A stretch of DNA of 64,000 bases from an uncultured Phycisphaerales bacterium (GCA_963755915.1 CAVWLP010000002.1:4736001-4800000); one strand, 5' to 3'; positions 10,198-19,819 are shown, counted from the first letter of the stretch. Numbers and translations are program-made. The notes: a model not told the origin generated them from the sequence alone.

Positions 10198-11640
10198 ATG
10201 AGCGATTGGGAGCCCCGGCAAAAGCGCGAAGCGGAATTGGCGAGGACCGAAGCCGTTGTGGCCGCGTGTCCGGATAACGTCGAGGCCCGGTTCCAGCGGT
10301 GCCGGCTGCTCGCTGAGCTGGGCAGAAACGAAGAAGCCAAGACCGCGTTTCTCGAGCTGCTCGTCCAGGAACCGGCACATTTTGGGGCGCTGAATAATCT
10401 CGGCAATCTGGTCTATTCCATGGGATATCGGAATGCCGCCAAGAGCCTTTACGCGCGGGCGGTCGAGCTTCACCCGAACAATCCCAAGGGGCATGTGAAT
10501 CTGGCCAACCTGCTCGTCGAGAGCGACCTTGCAAGGGCACGCGAGCATTATGAAGCCGCGCTGAAAATCGACCCTGACCACATCGAAGCCAATCGCGGCA
10601 TGGCGTACGTTTTGACGCGCTTGCGCGATGAAGATCGCGCCGCCATCCATCGCCGAAAGGCTTTCGAGAATCGGGCCGTGATGGAATTCCCCTACACCGG
10701 CTCGGGCGAGCCGATCCGTGTGCTTTTGCTGGCATCCGCATCGGGCGGGACGATTCCGATGCGGCATCATCTCGACGAACAAATCTTCCTCACCACGGTG
10801 ATATTCGCGGAATATTACGATCGGCAAAAACCGTTGCCGCCGCACGACATCGTCTTCAACACCATTGGCGACGCCGACCTTTGCGGCGAGGCGCTAGAGG
10901 CGGCTTCACGAATCGTGGAAAAGACCACCGCGCCGGTCGTCAATCAACCGCGGAATGTCCTGCCGACCGGGCGGATGGAAAATTGTCGCAGGCTCGGCAA
11001 GATCGAGGACGTGATCGCGCCGAAAATCGCCGAGATTTCTCGCCAGGTTCTCGAAGGCGATGGCGCGGAGGCATTCCTCGCGCGGGAGGGATTCTCATTC
11101 CCCGTCCTGGTGCGCGCTCCCGGATTTCACACCGGCAGATTCTTCGAGCAATACGAAGATGCGGCCAGCCTTCGCGCTGGCGTCGGGCAAATGCCCGGCG
11201 AGAAAATGATGGTGATCCAATATGTCGACTTGCGAAACCCCGACGGCAAAATCCGCAAATACCGCGTGATGATGATCGATGGCCATCTCTATCCCCTCCA
11301 CGCCGCAATTTCGCACCATTGGAAGATCCACTATTTCACCGCCGAGATGGCCGACAACGAGCAGAACCGCGCCGAAGACGCCGCATTTTTGGCGAACATG
11401 ACCGGCGTCCTGGGCGAGCACGCGGTGCGAGCGCTGGGAAGAATTTGCGAAACCCTCGGTTTGCAATACGCGGGAATCGATTTTGGTCTGAGCCCCGATG
11501 GCAAGATCGTCCTCTTCGAGGCCAATGCCACGATGGTCGTCAACCCGCCCGAGAAAGACGCGAAATGGGATTACCGTCGCCCAGCGGTCCAGAAAATCCT
11601 CAATGCGATTGCGACGCTTTTGAAAGATCCGCGGAATTGA
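10198..11640 (+). CDS. TPR protein with C-terminal ATP-grasp-like domain
   Basis: TPRs (ALNNLGNL, HVNLANLL); FPVLVR.PGFHTG, KYRVMMIDG, YAGIDFGL...LFEANA. Confidence 0.75.
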   Translation: MSDWEPRQKREAELARTEAVVAACPDNVEARFQRCRLLAELGRNEEAKTAFLELLVQEPAHFGALNNLGNLVYSMGYRNAAKSLYARAVELHPNNPKGHVNLANLLVESDLARAREHYEAALKIDPDHIEANRGMAYVLTRLRDEDRAAIHRRKAFENRAVMEFPYTGSGEPIRVLLLASASGGTIPMRHHLDEQIFLTTVIFAEYYDRQKPLPPHDIVFNTIGDADLCGEALEAASRIVEKTTAPVVNQPRNVLPTGRMENCRRLGKIEDVIAPKIAEISRQVLEGDGAEAFLAREGFSFPVLVRAPGFHTGRFFEQYEDAASLRAGVGQMPGEKMMVIQYVDLRNPDGKIRKYRVMMIDGHLYPLHAAISHHWKIHYFTAEMADNEQNRAEDAAFLANMTGVLGEHAVRALGRICETLGLQYAGIDFGLSPDGKIVLFEANATMVVNPPEKDAKWDYRRPAVQKILNAIATLLKDPRN

Positions 11641-11644
11641 GCCC

Positions 11645-12022
11645 CTAGATCTCTTTGGCTTTTTTAATCAGCACCCGCGTCGGCTTATTCTTTTTGTCCA
11701 CAAAGACCACGCGCTGCTCTACCTTGGCCGCCTCCGCGCGGGTCAATTGCTCCAGCGCGAAGATGATCACCTGATCGCCCGGATGAAACAGCCGCGCCGG
11801 GCAGCCGTTCAGGCAAATCTGGCCCGACTTCGCCTTTCCGGGAATAATGTAAGTCTCCCAGTGGGCGGCGTTGGCCAGGCTGTTAATGTGCACGAGTTGA
11901 AACGGCACCATCCCCGCGGCGGCCATCAGGGCCGAATCAATTGTGATGCTCCCTTCATATTCGAGCTTGGCCTCGGTTACCCAAACGCGATGGAGCTTAC
12001 CCGTACAAACGCTAATCGACAT
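11645..12022 (-). CDS. panD: Aspartate 1-decarboxylase-like proenzyme (Arg54 replaced by His)
   Basis: KLHR, YEG-SITID cleavage site, ETY, LNG; 125 aa. Confidence 0.85.
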   Translation of the reverse strand: MSISVCTGKLHRVWVTEAKLEYEGSITIDSALMAAAGMVPFQLVHINSLANAAHWETYIIPGKAKSGQICLNGCPARLFHPGDQVIIFALEQLTRAEAAKVEQRVVFVDKKNKPTRVLIKKAKEI

Positions 12023-12049
12023 ATACCGATATATTAGGGGCACCAGGCG

Positions 12050-13339
12050 TCAAACGGAAATCGGAGCAGAAAGTGCCCGTAGAATGGAGTTAACAACGCC
12101 TGGCCAGTCGCCCGCCGAGCTCTGGCGGAAGAGTCGCATCGTCGGATACCACGGCGAATCGTCCCGGGCCAAGAGCCATCGCCAATCGGCCGCATGGGCC
12201 AGCATCAACCAGACGCGAGTGCCCAGCGCTCCTGCAAGATGGGGAATCAGCGTGTCAACGGAGATCACCAGATCCATATTCGCTATCAAGCCCGCGGTCT
12301 GGCTGAGATCGGTTAACCGATCCGCGTGACTCCGCATCATCATCCCATTCGGCAAATCAAGCCGTTCTTCTGCCGCCGGCCCGATTTGAAGACTGTGATA
12401 CTCAATCCCTGGCACCTGGCCGAGCGGGATCAGCTCGGGCAGGGCTATGGATCTGTGGCGATTAAATTGATGCTCGGCCCTTCCGGCCCAGGCCAGGCCC
12501 ACGCGAATTTTCCCGTCTTTGGGGCCCAGAATTTCGCGCCACTTCTCCATTAGCGCCGGGTCCGGATGGAAATAGGGAATCTGCCGCGGAATCGACTCCA
12601 CCCGCGTCCCAAAAATCCCCGGCAGCGACATCAGATGGCAATAGAGATCAAACTTCGGCAGCGCCTCCCGAAACGGCACAACCGCCGAAACCTCCTCAAT
12701 CGCCGAGAAGAGCCGGCACAATTCCGGCTGACAGACCAGAATGATTTTCCCACCTCGCGCCGCCACCATCGGGACATAACGAACAAACTGAATCGCATCC
12801 CCCAGCCCCTGTTCGGCGATGAGCAAAATCGTCCTGCCCTCCAGCTCTTCCCCCTTCCACGCGACGCCCGGACATTTAGGCGTTGACGGCTCGCAATGCC
12901 GCCATTCATATTCCGCCCAACCCCGCTCAAAATCCCCGCGCGCGAGCAGCGCCAGGGCAAGATTCCAGTGAGCCTGCGAGCAATCCGGATTCAGCTCAAT
13001 CGCCCGCTCGTACGCGCCAATTGCGTCGGTGATTTTTCCGACGGCCACCAAGGCATTTCCCAGATTGCACTGAACATCGGAAAACCCCGGAGACAATTCA
13101 ACAGCTCGCCCATAGGTCGCGACCGCCCCATCAAAATCTCCTCGCGAATAAAGGGCATTTCCGCGATGAAAATCCACCTCCCCCATGAGCCGCAGGGCTG
13201 GTGCAAATCCCGGTCGCTCCTTCAGCACCCGCCGGCAAACCTCCGCCGCCCTCGTCACGTCCCCGGCTTCAAATTGCCCCCGCGCAATACAAACCGCCTG
13301 ATCAGGCGAGACCGGCAGATCGAATCCGTTCAATGCCAT
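12050..13339 (-). CDS. TPR + glycosyltransferase family 9-like protein
   Basis: TPRs, GWAEYEWR, EQGLGDAIQFVRY, VGLAWAG, DLVISVDT..HLAGALG, SPWYPTMRLFRQ. Confidence 0.85.
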   Translation of the reverse strand: MALNGFDLPVSPDQAVCIARGQFEAGDVTRAAEVCRRVLKERPGFAPALRLMGEVDFHRGNALYSRGDFDGAVATYGRAVELSPGFSDVQCNLGNALVAVGKITDAIGAYERAIELNPDCSQAHWNLALALLARGDFERGWAEYEWRHCEPSTPKCPGVAWKGEELEGRTILLIAEQGLGDAIQFVRYVPMVAARGGKIILVCQPELCRLFSAIEEVSAVVPFREALPKFDLYCHLMSLPGIFGTRVESIPRQIPYFHPDPALMEKWREILGPKDGKIRVGLAWAGRAEHQFNRHRSIALPELIPLGQVPGIEYHSLQIGPAAEERLDLPNGMMMRSHADRLTDLSQTAGLIANMDLVISVDTLIPHLAGALGTRVWLMLAHAADWRWLLARDDSPWYPTMRLFRQSSAGDWPGVVNSILRALSAPISV

Positions 13340-13379
13340 GGAGGGAATATCATGTGGCTAAACCAGTCCCGACGCCAGA

Positions 13380-13477
13380 GGAGGTGTGAAGGTGCGAAAA
13401 GTATGAAAGGTGCGAACGTAAGAACGTCCGTCTCATACCTTTCATACCTTTCGCACCTTTCGCACTTTCGCACCTCC
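13380..13477. repeat. Inverted array of 8-9 nt tandem units (AGGTGCGAA ... TTCGCACCT)
   Basis: Seen directly; a related CTTTCACAC tract is at 22531-22558. Confidence 0.7.
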
Positions 13478-13492
13478 CGCTTTCCCCCCCAC

Positions 13493-13521
13493 TTGACCAC
13501 TACCATTCATTGCGCTATACT
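13493..13521 (+). promoter_or_regulatory. Sigma70-type promoter of padR, probably leaderless
   Basis: TTGACC-17 bp-TATACT; ATG begins 7 nt after the -10; imperfect inverted repeat CATTGCG...CGCCAATG overlaps it. Confidence 0.65.
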
Positions 13522-13527
13522 ACGCCA

Positions 13528-13881
13528 ATGAGTACAGGACCAGCATCCGTCCGTTCCTGGGCCGCGCAGATGCGAAAAGGCCTGATCGAGCTGTGCGTCA
13601 TGGCCGCCCTCCGCGGCGGAGAGGCCTACGGCTACCAGATCCTTCAGCGCCTCTCGCGTGCCGAGGCACTCACGATCAGCGAAAGCGCGGTCTACCCCAT
13701 CCTCGCGCGGCTCGCCGCCGAGGGAATGGTCAAGGTCCGCGAAGGACCCAGCCCCAACGGACCGCCGCGCAGGTATTACCGCCTCACCACCCAGGGCGAG
13801 GCCCGTCTTGCCGAGATGGCGGAGCATTGGCGTCAGACCCGCAAGGCAATCGACGTGTTTTTTAATGGAGACCGAACATGA
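13528..13881 (+). CDS. PadR family transcriptional regulator
   Basis: QMRKGLIELCV, YGYQI, VYPILARL, GPPRRYYRLT..G. Confidence 0.9.
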   Translation: MSTGPASVRSWAAQMRKGLIELCVMAALRGGEAYGYQILQRLSRAEALTISESAVYPILARLAAEGMVKVREGPSPNGPPRRYYRLTTQGEARLAEMAEHWRQTRKAIDVFFNGDRT

Positions 13882-15210
13882 GCCCCGATCAAAATCAGTC
13901 GCCAAATCAGTCCCAGAAGACTCCCGAGACAACCCCGCAGGAACGAATCGCGCAATTCATCGCCGCCGTCGAGCGCAGTCTTTCCGAGGCTGGCGTTTCC
14001 AACGACGAGCGGCAAAACGTCACCGCCGACCTGCGCGTGCAGATCGAAGAAATGCTCACCACCCGCACCGAGGGAAAGACGCCAACCCTTGAGGACGTTC
14101 AGGCCGTCCTCTCCGAGCTCGATCCGCCAGAATCCTACAGCGAAACCGCTGCCGGCGAATCCGCACCCGCTTCCGAATCGCAAAAATCGCAGCAAACCCA
14201 GGAATCCTGCTGCGGTCCGCGCGATGGGCGATCTCGAGGGCATAGCCATCACCGCGGTCACTGGGGAGGAAAATGGTTCTGGCGCCGCCGGCACGTCGCC
14301 CAGGCGATCCGCCAGGCCATCGGATCATTCAGCCCCCAATTCAGTCCACTGGGCAATCCCCTTTTCGCCGGCTTCACCCACCGCTCGCGCCGCCCTCGCC
14401 ATCGCCAAAAACGAGGCCCGATCCATGGGCCACGAATACATCGGCACCGAGCACCTGCTCCTGGGCCTCCTCCTCGAAGGCACCGGCATCGCCGCCAAAG
14501 TCCTTGCCGACCTCGGCGTCACCGCCGACGCCGCCCGCCAGGAAATCGCCCGCCTGGTTCCCCCCGGCACATCCGCCGTCACCGCCGAGCGGCTTCCCCT
14601 CACCCCGCGCCTTCGCCAGGCGATCGAAGAAGCCCGCGTGGCCGCCCGAAATCTCCACCACGATTTCCTCGGCACCGAGCACCTTCTCATGGGGTTGATG
14701 GATGTCCCCGGCGTAGCCGCCGAAAGCCTTAAAACTCTGGGCCTCACTTCACAGCAGGTAAAAGACGCCATCCTCCAGCGCATCCCGGCCTGGACCGAAG
14801 ACACCGCCCCCGCCGGCGGCTTCACCTACTGGCCCGCCAGCGCCGCCAAAACCCTCACCATCGGCAAAAACCAATATCGAATCATCGCCAGCGGCGCCGA
14901 CACCGGCGGCTTCTACGCGGCCGTCGAAGCAAACCTCTCCGAGCCCGACGGCCTCGGCACCCGCACCCTTCCGCGCGACGACATCTCGATCTACGTTCTC
15001 GAAGGCTCTCTCCAGCTCCGCCTCGACCAGCGAACCATCGCCCTGAGCAAAGGCGATTTCGCCCGAATCCCCCGCGGCACACCACACGAAATCACACCGC
15101 TGGAATCTGGCGCACGAGCGATGCTGATCGGCACCTCAGCCGGTTTCGAAAAGCTTCTCGGCGCCATGGCCAAAGCCCCCGCGCCCAGGCAATGCGCCAG
15201 GCGGCGATAA
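13878..15210 (+). CDS. HAAS-like / Clp N-terminal repeat / cupin fusion protein (frameshift near 14385)
   Basis: DLRVQIEEML...VLSELDPPESY; two Clp-N repeats (HEYIGTEHLLLGLL, HDFLGTEHLLMGL); cupin-like IYVLEG...GDFARIPRGTPH. Confidence 0.7.
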
Positions 15211-15300
15211 GCTATGGCGTAATCTTTGAATCGAATTGACCGCCGCAGGCCGATGCGGCGCCACAAGTGAAGTGAAACTTCTCTAACGCCCGCAAGCGGT

Positions 15301-16218
15301 TCAGGCGCGGCGGAGGCGACGCCGACCCATCAGTGCGCCGAAGCCCACCAGCACAGCGAGGCTTGCCGGCTCGGGAACGATGGCGTTGATCTGGGCATTG
15401 GTGGCGTTTGCGCCGGCAGAACCGAGCGCGGTAATCTGCGCGGGCGACAGCGCTTGCGAGTAGATGCGAAAATCATTGGTGGCTCCCATGAAATCGGGAT
15501 CGCCGAAAGCATCGCCGCCGCCGATTCCGTCGTAGGACGTGCCACCGCCGTTAGCGGCCTCCTGCAAGCTGAAACCCGTACCCACGTTCCCCGAGGCCAG
15601 CAACGTACCGTCGTTGTAAATCGAGGCGATGCCCGTGGACGAGACGTACGTCAGAACGATCTGCAATTCCGTACCGAAATTACCATTAACCTTGAAAGTG
15701 GTTCCTGGTGCATTGATGTTCACTTCCGTACCGGCGCCACCGTTGGTAACTCCCGGCTGGTCAAAATCGGCAGTCGTGCCAGTGCCGTTGCGATTGGGAT
15801 TCAAAAGGATGAAATTGTTCGTCGCCAGGTTATTGGGCCCTGGGAGAGTGGGCGTCGCTGAGGACAGGCTGAATATCGAGGTAAAAGCTGTCTCAGAACC
15901 AGTCTGCGTCAGCCAATCCTCGATGGAAAAGTCCCCCGTGACGCCAGCGCCGACAGTGGATGGCAACGAGAGGTAATCCGTGTTGTTCGCATTGGTGGTG
16001 CTTACTACGGTGCCGGCTGCAAAACTGGCCGTTCCATCGGGATCAAGCAGAGTTCCGTTGGCCCCGCCAACCGAATCCACCCCGTCGCCGTTTGCCATAT
16101 ATCGATTGACGAGCGCGGCGTTGGCTGATGCCAAGGGCATTGCCGCGATAGCCAGCGCGAGCCAGGTCGTTGATTTGAGTAAAGCCCAATCAAAACTCTG
16201 TCTGTTATTCCGTTGCAT
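15301..16218 (-). CDS. PEP-CTERM protein with LamG/ConA-like domain
   Basis: Signal peptide; DFSIEDW, IYNDG, DFRIYSQALS; VPEP + TM + RRRLRR. Confidence 0.85.
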   Translation of the reverse strand: MQRNNRQSFDWALLKSTTWLALAIAAMPLASANAALVNRYMANGDGVDSVGGANGTLLDPDGTASFAAGTVVSTTNANNTDYLSLPSTVGAGVTGDFSIEDWLTQTGSETAFTSIFSLSSATPTLPGPNNLATNNFILLNPNRNGTGTTADFDQPGVTNGGAGTEVNINAPGTTFKVNGNFGTELQIVLTYVSSTGIASIYNDGTLLASGNVGTGFSLQEAANGGGTSYDGIGGGDAFGDPDFMGATNDFRIYSQALSPAQITALGSAGANATNAQINAIVPEPASLAVLVGFGALMGRRRLRRA

Positions 16219-16913
16219 TTCTCTCCTCGCTTTCGAGATATGGCCAAAAGACGCGATCTTTAAATTCGCCCTTTATCAGGTGCGGCATTGCCCGCACCTT
16301 GCATCCCACCTACCGACCGCAATGCGGAACTTCTTTGAGCCTTGTCTTTTTGATCTCCCGACCGTCCGCTCCAACGGAGTCCAATAAACCGGCCCATATT
16401 GAGGTCGAACTAATGTGAATTTCCGCCGGAACTAATTCTCTCTCCCGCCAAAACTCACACAAAGAGAGTATCAACTATTGATACATTTGCAAGTACATTC
16501 TGGCCTCATTAAGCAATATTTTTGACCAGGTTTGATACTACATTTGCCCGACTGCGAAGGTCCGTCTTTTGGCTTGCAATGGTGAATCCGATTGACGTTA
16601 GATCGACCCCCGGTTGCGCAAAATCGTGGACCTATAATCGAACGGCAAGATAACGATATATCAAAGGCCTGAAGGAACGCAAAAGGGGTAACGATCGCTT
16701 CACGAGATAACCGCACTCGCGCCGTACCTGTTTACCGTTCCGCGTCTGCCGAATACTCCAAGTCGAGCTTTTGATTGGCTTCATAAGCGCCGGGCCGACG
16801 GTATTGGGCCGTGCGAATCAGGCGCGCCGGGATTCCTTAGCGATCTCTGCGCTCCCCACGGTAAGTTCTCCCCCCGCCAAACCTCGATAACCCAAAATCG
16901 CCCCATCTTCCCC

Positions 16914-16944
16914 TTGACATTCCACCCAATAGGTGTATATACAC
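16914..16944 (+). promoter_or_regulatory. marR promoter with palindromic operator
   Basis: TTGACA 16914-16919; perfect palindrome GTGTATATACAC 16933-16944 over the -10; ATG at 16950. Confidence 0.65.
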
Positions 16945-16949
16945 ATAGT

Positions 16950-17417
16950 ATGGCCGATGAACCTCAAAACAGCGACCGCCAGGCCCTGCTCGAAGCGGCA
17001 CAATCCTGCCTCTGCCAGAACGCCCGCACGGCGGCCCGGGTGCTGACGCGCTTCTACGACCGCTATTTCGCCGGCACCGGCATCGAGCCGACACAGTTTA
17101 ACCTTCTTGTCGCTATCCGTCTGATGGAACCCGTTTCCCTGGTCCGCCTGGCCGATCGGCTCGCCCTGGAGCGCACGACTCTCACGCGAAACCTGGCGAT
17201 CCTCCAGCGAAAGGGAATTGTCCAGATTGCCACCGGCGCGGACGCACGTAAGCGTCTCCTCTCCCTCACACCCCTGGGCCGCACCCTTCTCAAGCGGTCG
17301 CTGTCGCGATGGAAAGAGGCCCAGCAGGCGGCCATCTCGGCCCTGGGCAACGAAAACTCAAAAAAATTCTCCGATGCGTTTTCCCTCATCAACAAACTCA
17401 ATCTGAAAGGAGATTGA
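16950..17417 (+). CDS. MarR family regulator
   Basis: CLC.NAR.AAR.LTRFYD, QFNLL, LERTTLTRNL, DARKRLLSLT..G. Confidence 0.9.
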   Translation: MADEPQNSDRQALLEAAQSCLCQNARTAARVLTRFYDRYFAGTGIEPTQFNLLVAIRLMEPVSLVRLADRLALERTTLTRNLAILQRKGIVQIATGADARKRLLSLTPLGRTLLKRSLSRWKEAQQAAISALGNENSKKFSDAFSLINKLNLKGD

Positions 17418-17418
17418 T

Positions 17419-18120
17419 ATGAGCACCACACCCGAAAGCCGCACCAGCCTTCAAACCGCCGGCGTGTTTGTCTACAGCCTTATCGCCGCGTGGTTCATCT
17501 TCGCCGTGACGATGGCTGCGACAGGCCAGTACGCCATCAACCCCACCCGTCCCCCACTGGTGTTCGGTTTGAGCGTCGCCGTCCCGATCCTCTTTTTCCT
17601 GATCGCCTACCGCCTGGACGGCCCCATCCGGCGCGTCGCCCAATGCCTCGATATGAGAGTCGTCGTTCTCGCCCACGTCTGGCGAATCGCGGCCCTGAAT
17701 TTCATTCTCGCTGCCGCCCAGGGCCGCCTTCCCATGGGCTTCGCCCTTCCCGCCGGCCTCGGCGACATGATCACCGCCCTGGCCGCGATCCCCATCGCCT
17801 TTGGCATCTCAAAAAATCTGCCTTCCATCCGAAGCTGGTTCATCGCCTGGAACCTCTTCGGCCTGCTCGACCTGGCCAACGCCGTCACCCAGGGAATCCT
17901 CCATTCCAGTAGCACCTTCGGCATCCTCACCGGCGCCGGCCCGACAACCTATCTGATGACCGTGCTCCCTCGGTCCCTGGTCCCCACCTTCCTGGTCCCG
18001 CTCTTCATCCTTCTGCACATGCTCGCGCTCTCTCGCCGCTCGGAGGTTCCGTCAACCGTATCGCAGCCGAAAAGCGAGCTCACGACCCCATGCGGATTCA
18101 TCCGATCCCTCGTCGCATGA
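17419..18120 (+). CDS. Integral membrane protein
   Basis: About six hydrophobic segments; FALPAGLGD, WNLFGLLDL, VPTFLVP. Confidence 0.8.
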   Translation: MSTTPESRTSLQTAGVFVYSLIAAWFIFAVTMAATGQYAINPTRPPLVFGLSVAVPILFFLIAYRLDGPIRRVAQCLDMRVVVLAHVWRIAALNFILAAAQGRLPMGFALPAGLGDMITALAAIPIAFGISKNLPSIRSWFIAWNLFGLLDLANAVTQGILHSSSTFGILTGAGPTTYLMTVLPRSLVPTFLVPLFILLHMLALSRRSEVPSTVSQPKSELTTPCGFIRSLVA

Positions 18121-18301
18121 TGAGTTAGCGCCCTTCCACAAAATCCCTTGGCGTTCTTGGCGGTTATAAAGAATTTTTTAACCGCCAAGAAACTATGAAG
18201 CCGAGCCTTTCTCGGGACGTGAACGGGGTCAAAATGCCCCAAGTATGAACGAGCGTACCGCGTAGGTCGCTCAAACGTCTTTTTTGAGAAAGGACTCGGC
18301 A

Positions 18302-19345
18302 ATGCGAATTCTCGCTTTGGACCTGGGAAAGAACAAGAGCGTTTTTGTGGATTATGTCACCGGCGGTGGAGAAAGAACGTTCGGCAAGATCGGCACCAAT
18401 GCCCACGAGGTGCAAAAACTACTCGAGCGGGTGCGTCCGGATCGACTGGTCATCGAGGCCGGTCCGGCGGCAGGATGGGTTTGTGATCTGGCGGAGCGGA
18501 ACAATGTTCCCGTCCAGGTGGCCAATGGCAACGATGAACGCTGGCGCTGGAAGACGGTGAAGGAGAAGAGTGATCGTAAAGACGCGCTGAAGATGGCGGC
18601 GATGTCGGAGATGGATTCGCTGCCGACGGTGCACGTGCCCAAGGCATCGGTTCGGCAGTGGCGTTCATTGATTGAATACAGACACGGCCTGGTGGATCGC
18701 CGCACGGCGCTCAAGAACTCGATCCGATCAATCTACGAGCGGCAGGGTTTGTATTTGCCCTCGGCGACCAAGGCGTGGACGAAAGCGCGACTGGAGGAAA
18801 TGAGGAAGGAAGCAGCGGCCGCATCGGCGGAAGATCTGTGGCTGTTTCAGATCGGTTGTGAGGTGGCGCAACTGGAGCACCTGGAGAAGCAGATCGAAAC
18901 TGTCGAAAGCAAGCTTCAGGAGTTGGGCCAGGCCAACAAAGCGGTGAAACGATTGCAGGAGGTGCCCGGCGTTGGTCCGCGGCTGAGCGAGGCGGTGGCG
19001 GTGATCATTGATGATCCCAGGCGATTCAAGAATGCACGTCAGGTGGGATGTTACGTGGGTCTGACGCCGCGGCGCTGGCAGAGCGGCGACAGCGATCGCC
19101 AGGGGCGGATCAGCAAGGCAGGCAACGCGCTGCTGCGGGAGTTGCTGGTGGAGGTGGCGTGGCTGGGGGTTCATCGCAATACGTGGATGAAGGACGTGTA
19201 CGAGAGGGTTCTACGTGACAGCGAGAAGCGCAAGAAGATCGCGATTGTTGCGGTAGCCAGGAGATTACTGGTGAAGCTGTGGGCGATGCTGCGGGACGGA
19301 ACCCGATGGAGAGAACCCCAGCGATCGCTGACGGCGGCCACTTGA
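18302..19345 (+). CDS. IS110-family DEDD recombinase/transposase
   Basis: LALDLGK, IEAG, KSDRKDA, VPGVG, GLTPRRWQSGD, ISKAGN..LR..L, IVAVARRL. Confidence 0.95.
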   Translation: MRILALDLGKNKSVFVDYVTGGGERTFGKIGTNAHEVQKLLERVRPDRLVIEAGPAAGWVCDLAERNNVPVQVANGNDERWRWKTVKEKSDRKDALKMAAMSEMDSLPTVHVPKASVRQWRSLIEYRHGLVDRRTALKNSIRSIYERQGLYLPSATKAWTKARLEEMRKEAAAASAEDLWLFQIGCEVAQLEHLEKQIETVESKLQELGQANKAVKRLQEVPGVGPRLSEAVAVIIDDPRRFKNARQVGCYVGLTPRRWQSGDSDRQGRISKAGNALLRELLVEVAWLGVHRNTWMKDVYERVLRDSEKRKKIAIVAVARRLLVKLWAMLRDGTRWREPQRSLTAAT

Positions 19346-19655
19346 AAATCGAAAAGGCGATGACTGTCCCGACAAGTCGGTACAGGCGATGGAGTATCTC
19401 CCCTCCGGAAGACACCGTGTCAGAAAGCCGTTGTCTTCTGTGCAGGGGATTGAGTAGAGTTGAAGTGAAGTGGAATTGACGCGTTCGTGCAGGTTGAATG
19501 AGCAAGGCCAGACCCCGGTTGGCGTCTTAAGCTTCAAAGCTTGCCGCTAAGAATAGGGCTGGCCATTTGTACAGTTGAATAGGCCCGCCGCCAGGCGAGA
19601 GCACTGAATAGAAGGCTCACCCAATCGACCGCATGAGCGATCAACGCCCCTTGAC
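19346..19655 (+). ncRNA. Putative bridge/seek RNA (ends approximate)
   Basis: Stem-loop 19506-19564 whose internal-loop strands match both target flanks; ATAGAAG 19608-19614 matches the element right end; further hairpins at 19369-19449. Confidence 0.75.
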
Positions 19656-19819
19656 AAGGCTCGGCTCATAGAAGACGCCAAGAGCGCCAAGAAATGAGGA
19701 GTTTTGCCCCACATAAATCAGATGGAAATCAGATTTTCAGACTGAATTATCTGTGTGCATCTGATTTCAATCTGACTTCGGCGAGCTCAGTCGAGGCGTG
19801 GCAAATCTGCATTTCTGCG

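Larger units (their letters stand above)
18187..19675 (+). mobile_element. IS110-family, IS1111-type insertion sequence
   Basis: Sub-terminal IRs TATGAAGCCGAGCCTT (18194-18209) / AAGGCTCGGCTCATA (19656-19670); AAGA at both junctions; long downstream non-coding region. Confidence 0.9.

Noticed and set aside
13380-13477. Possible CRISPR array
   Set aside because: Units are 8-9 nt with no unique spacers, and no cas genes are in the window.
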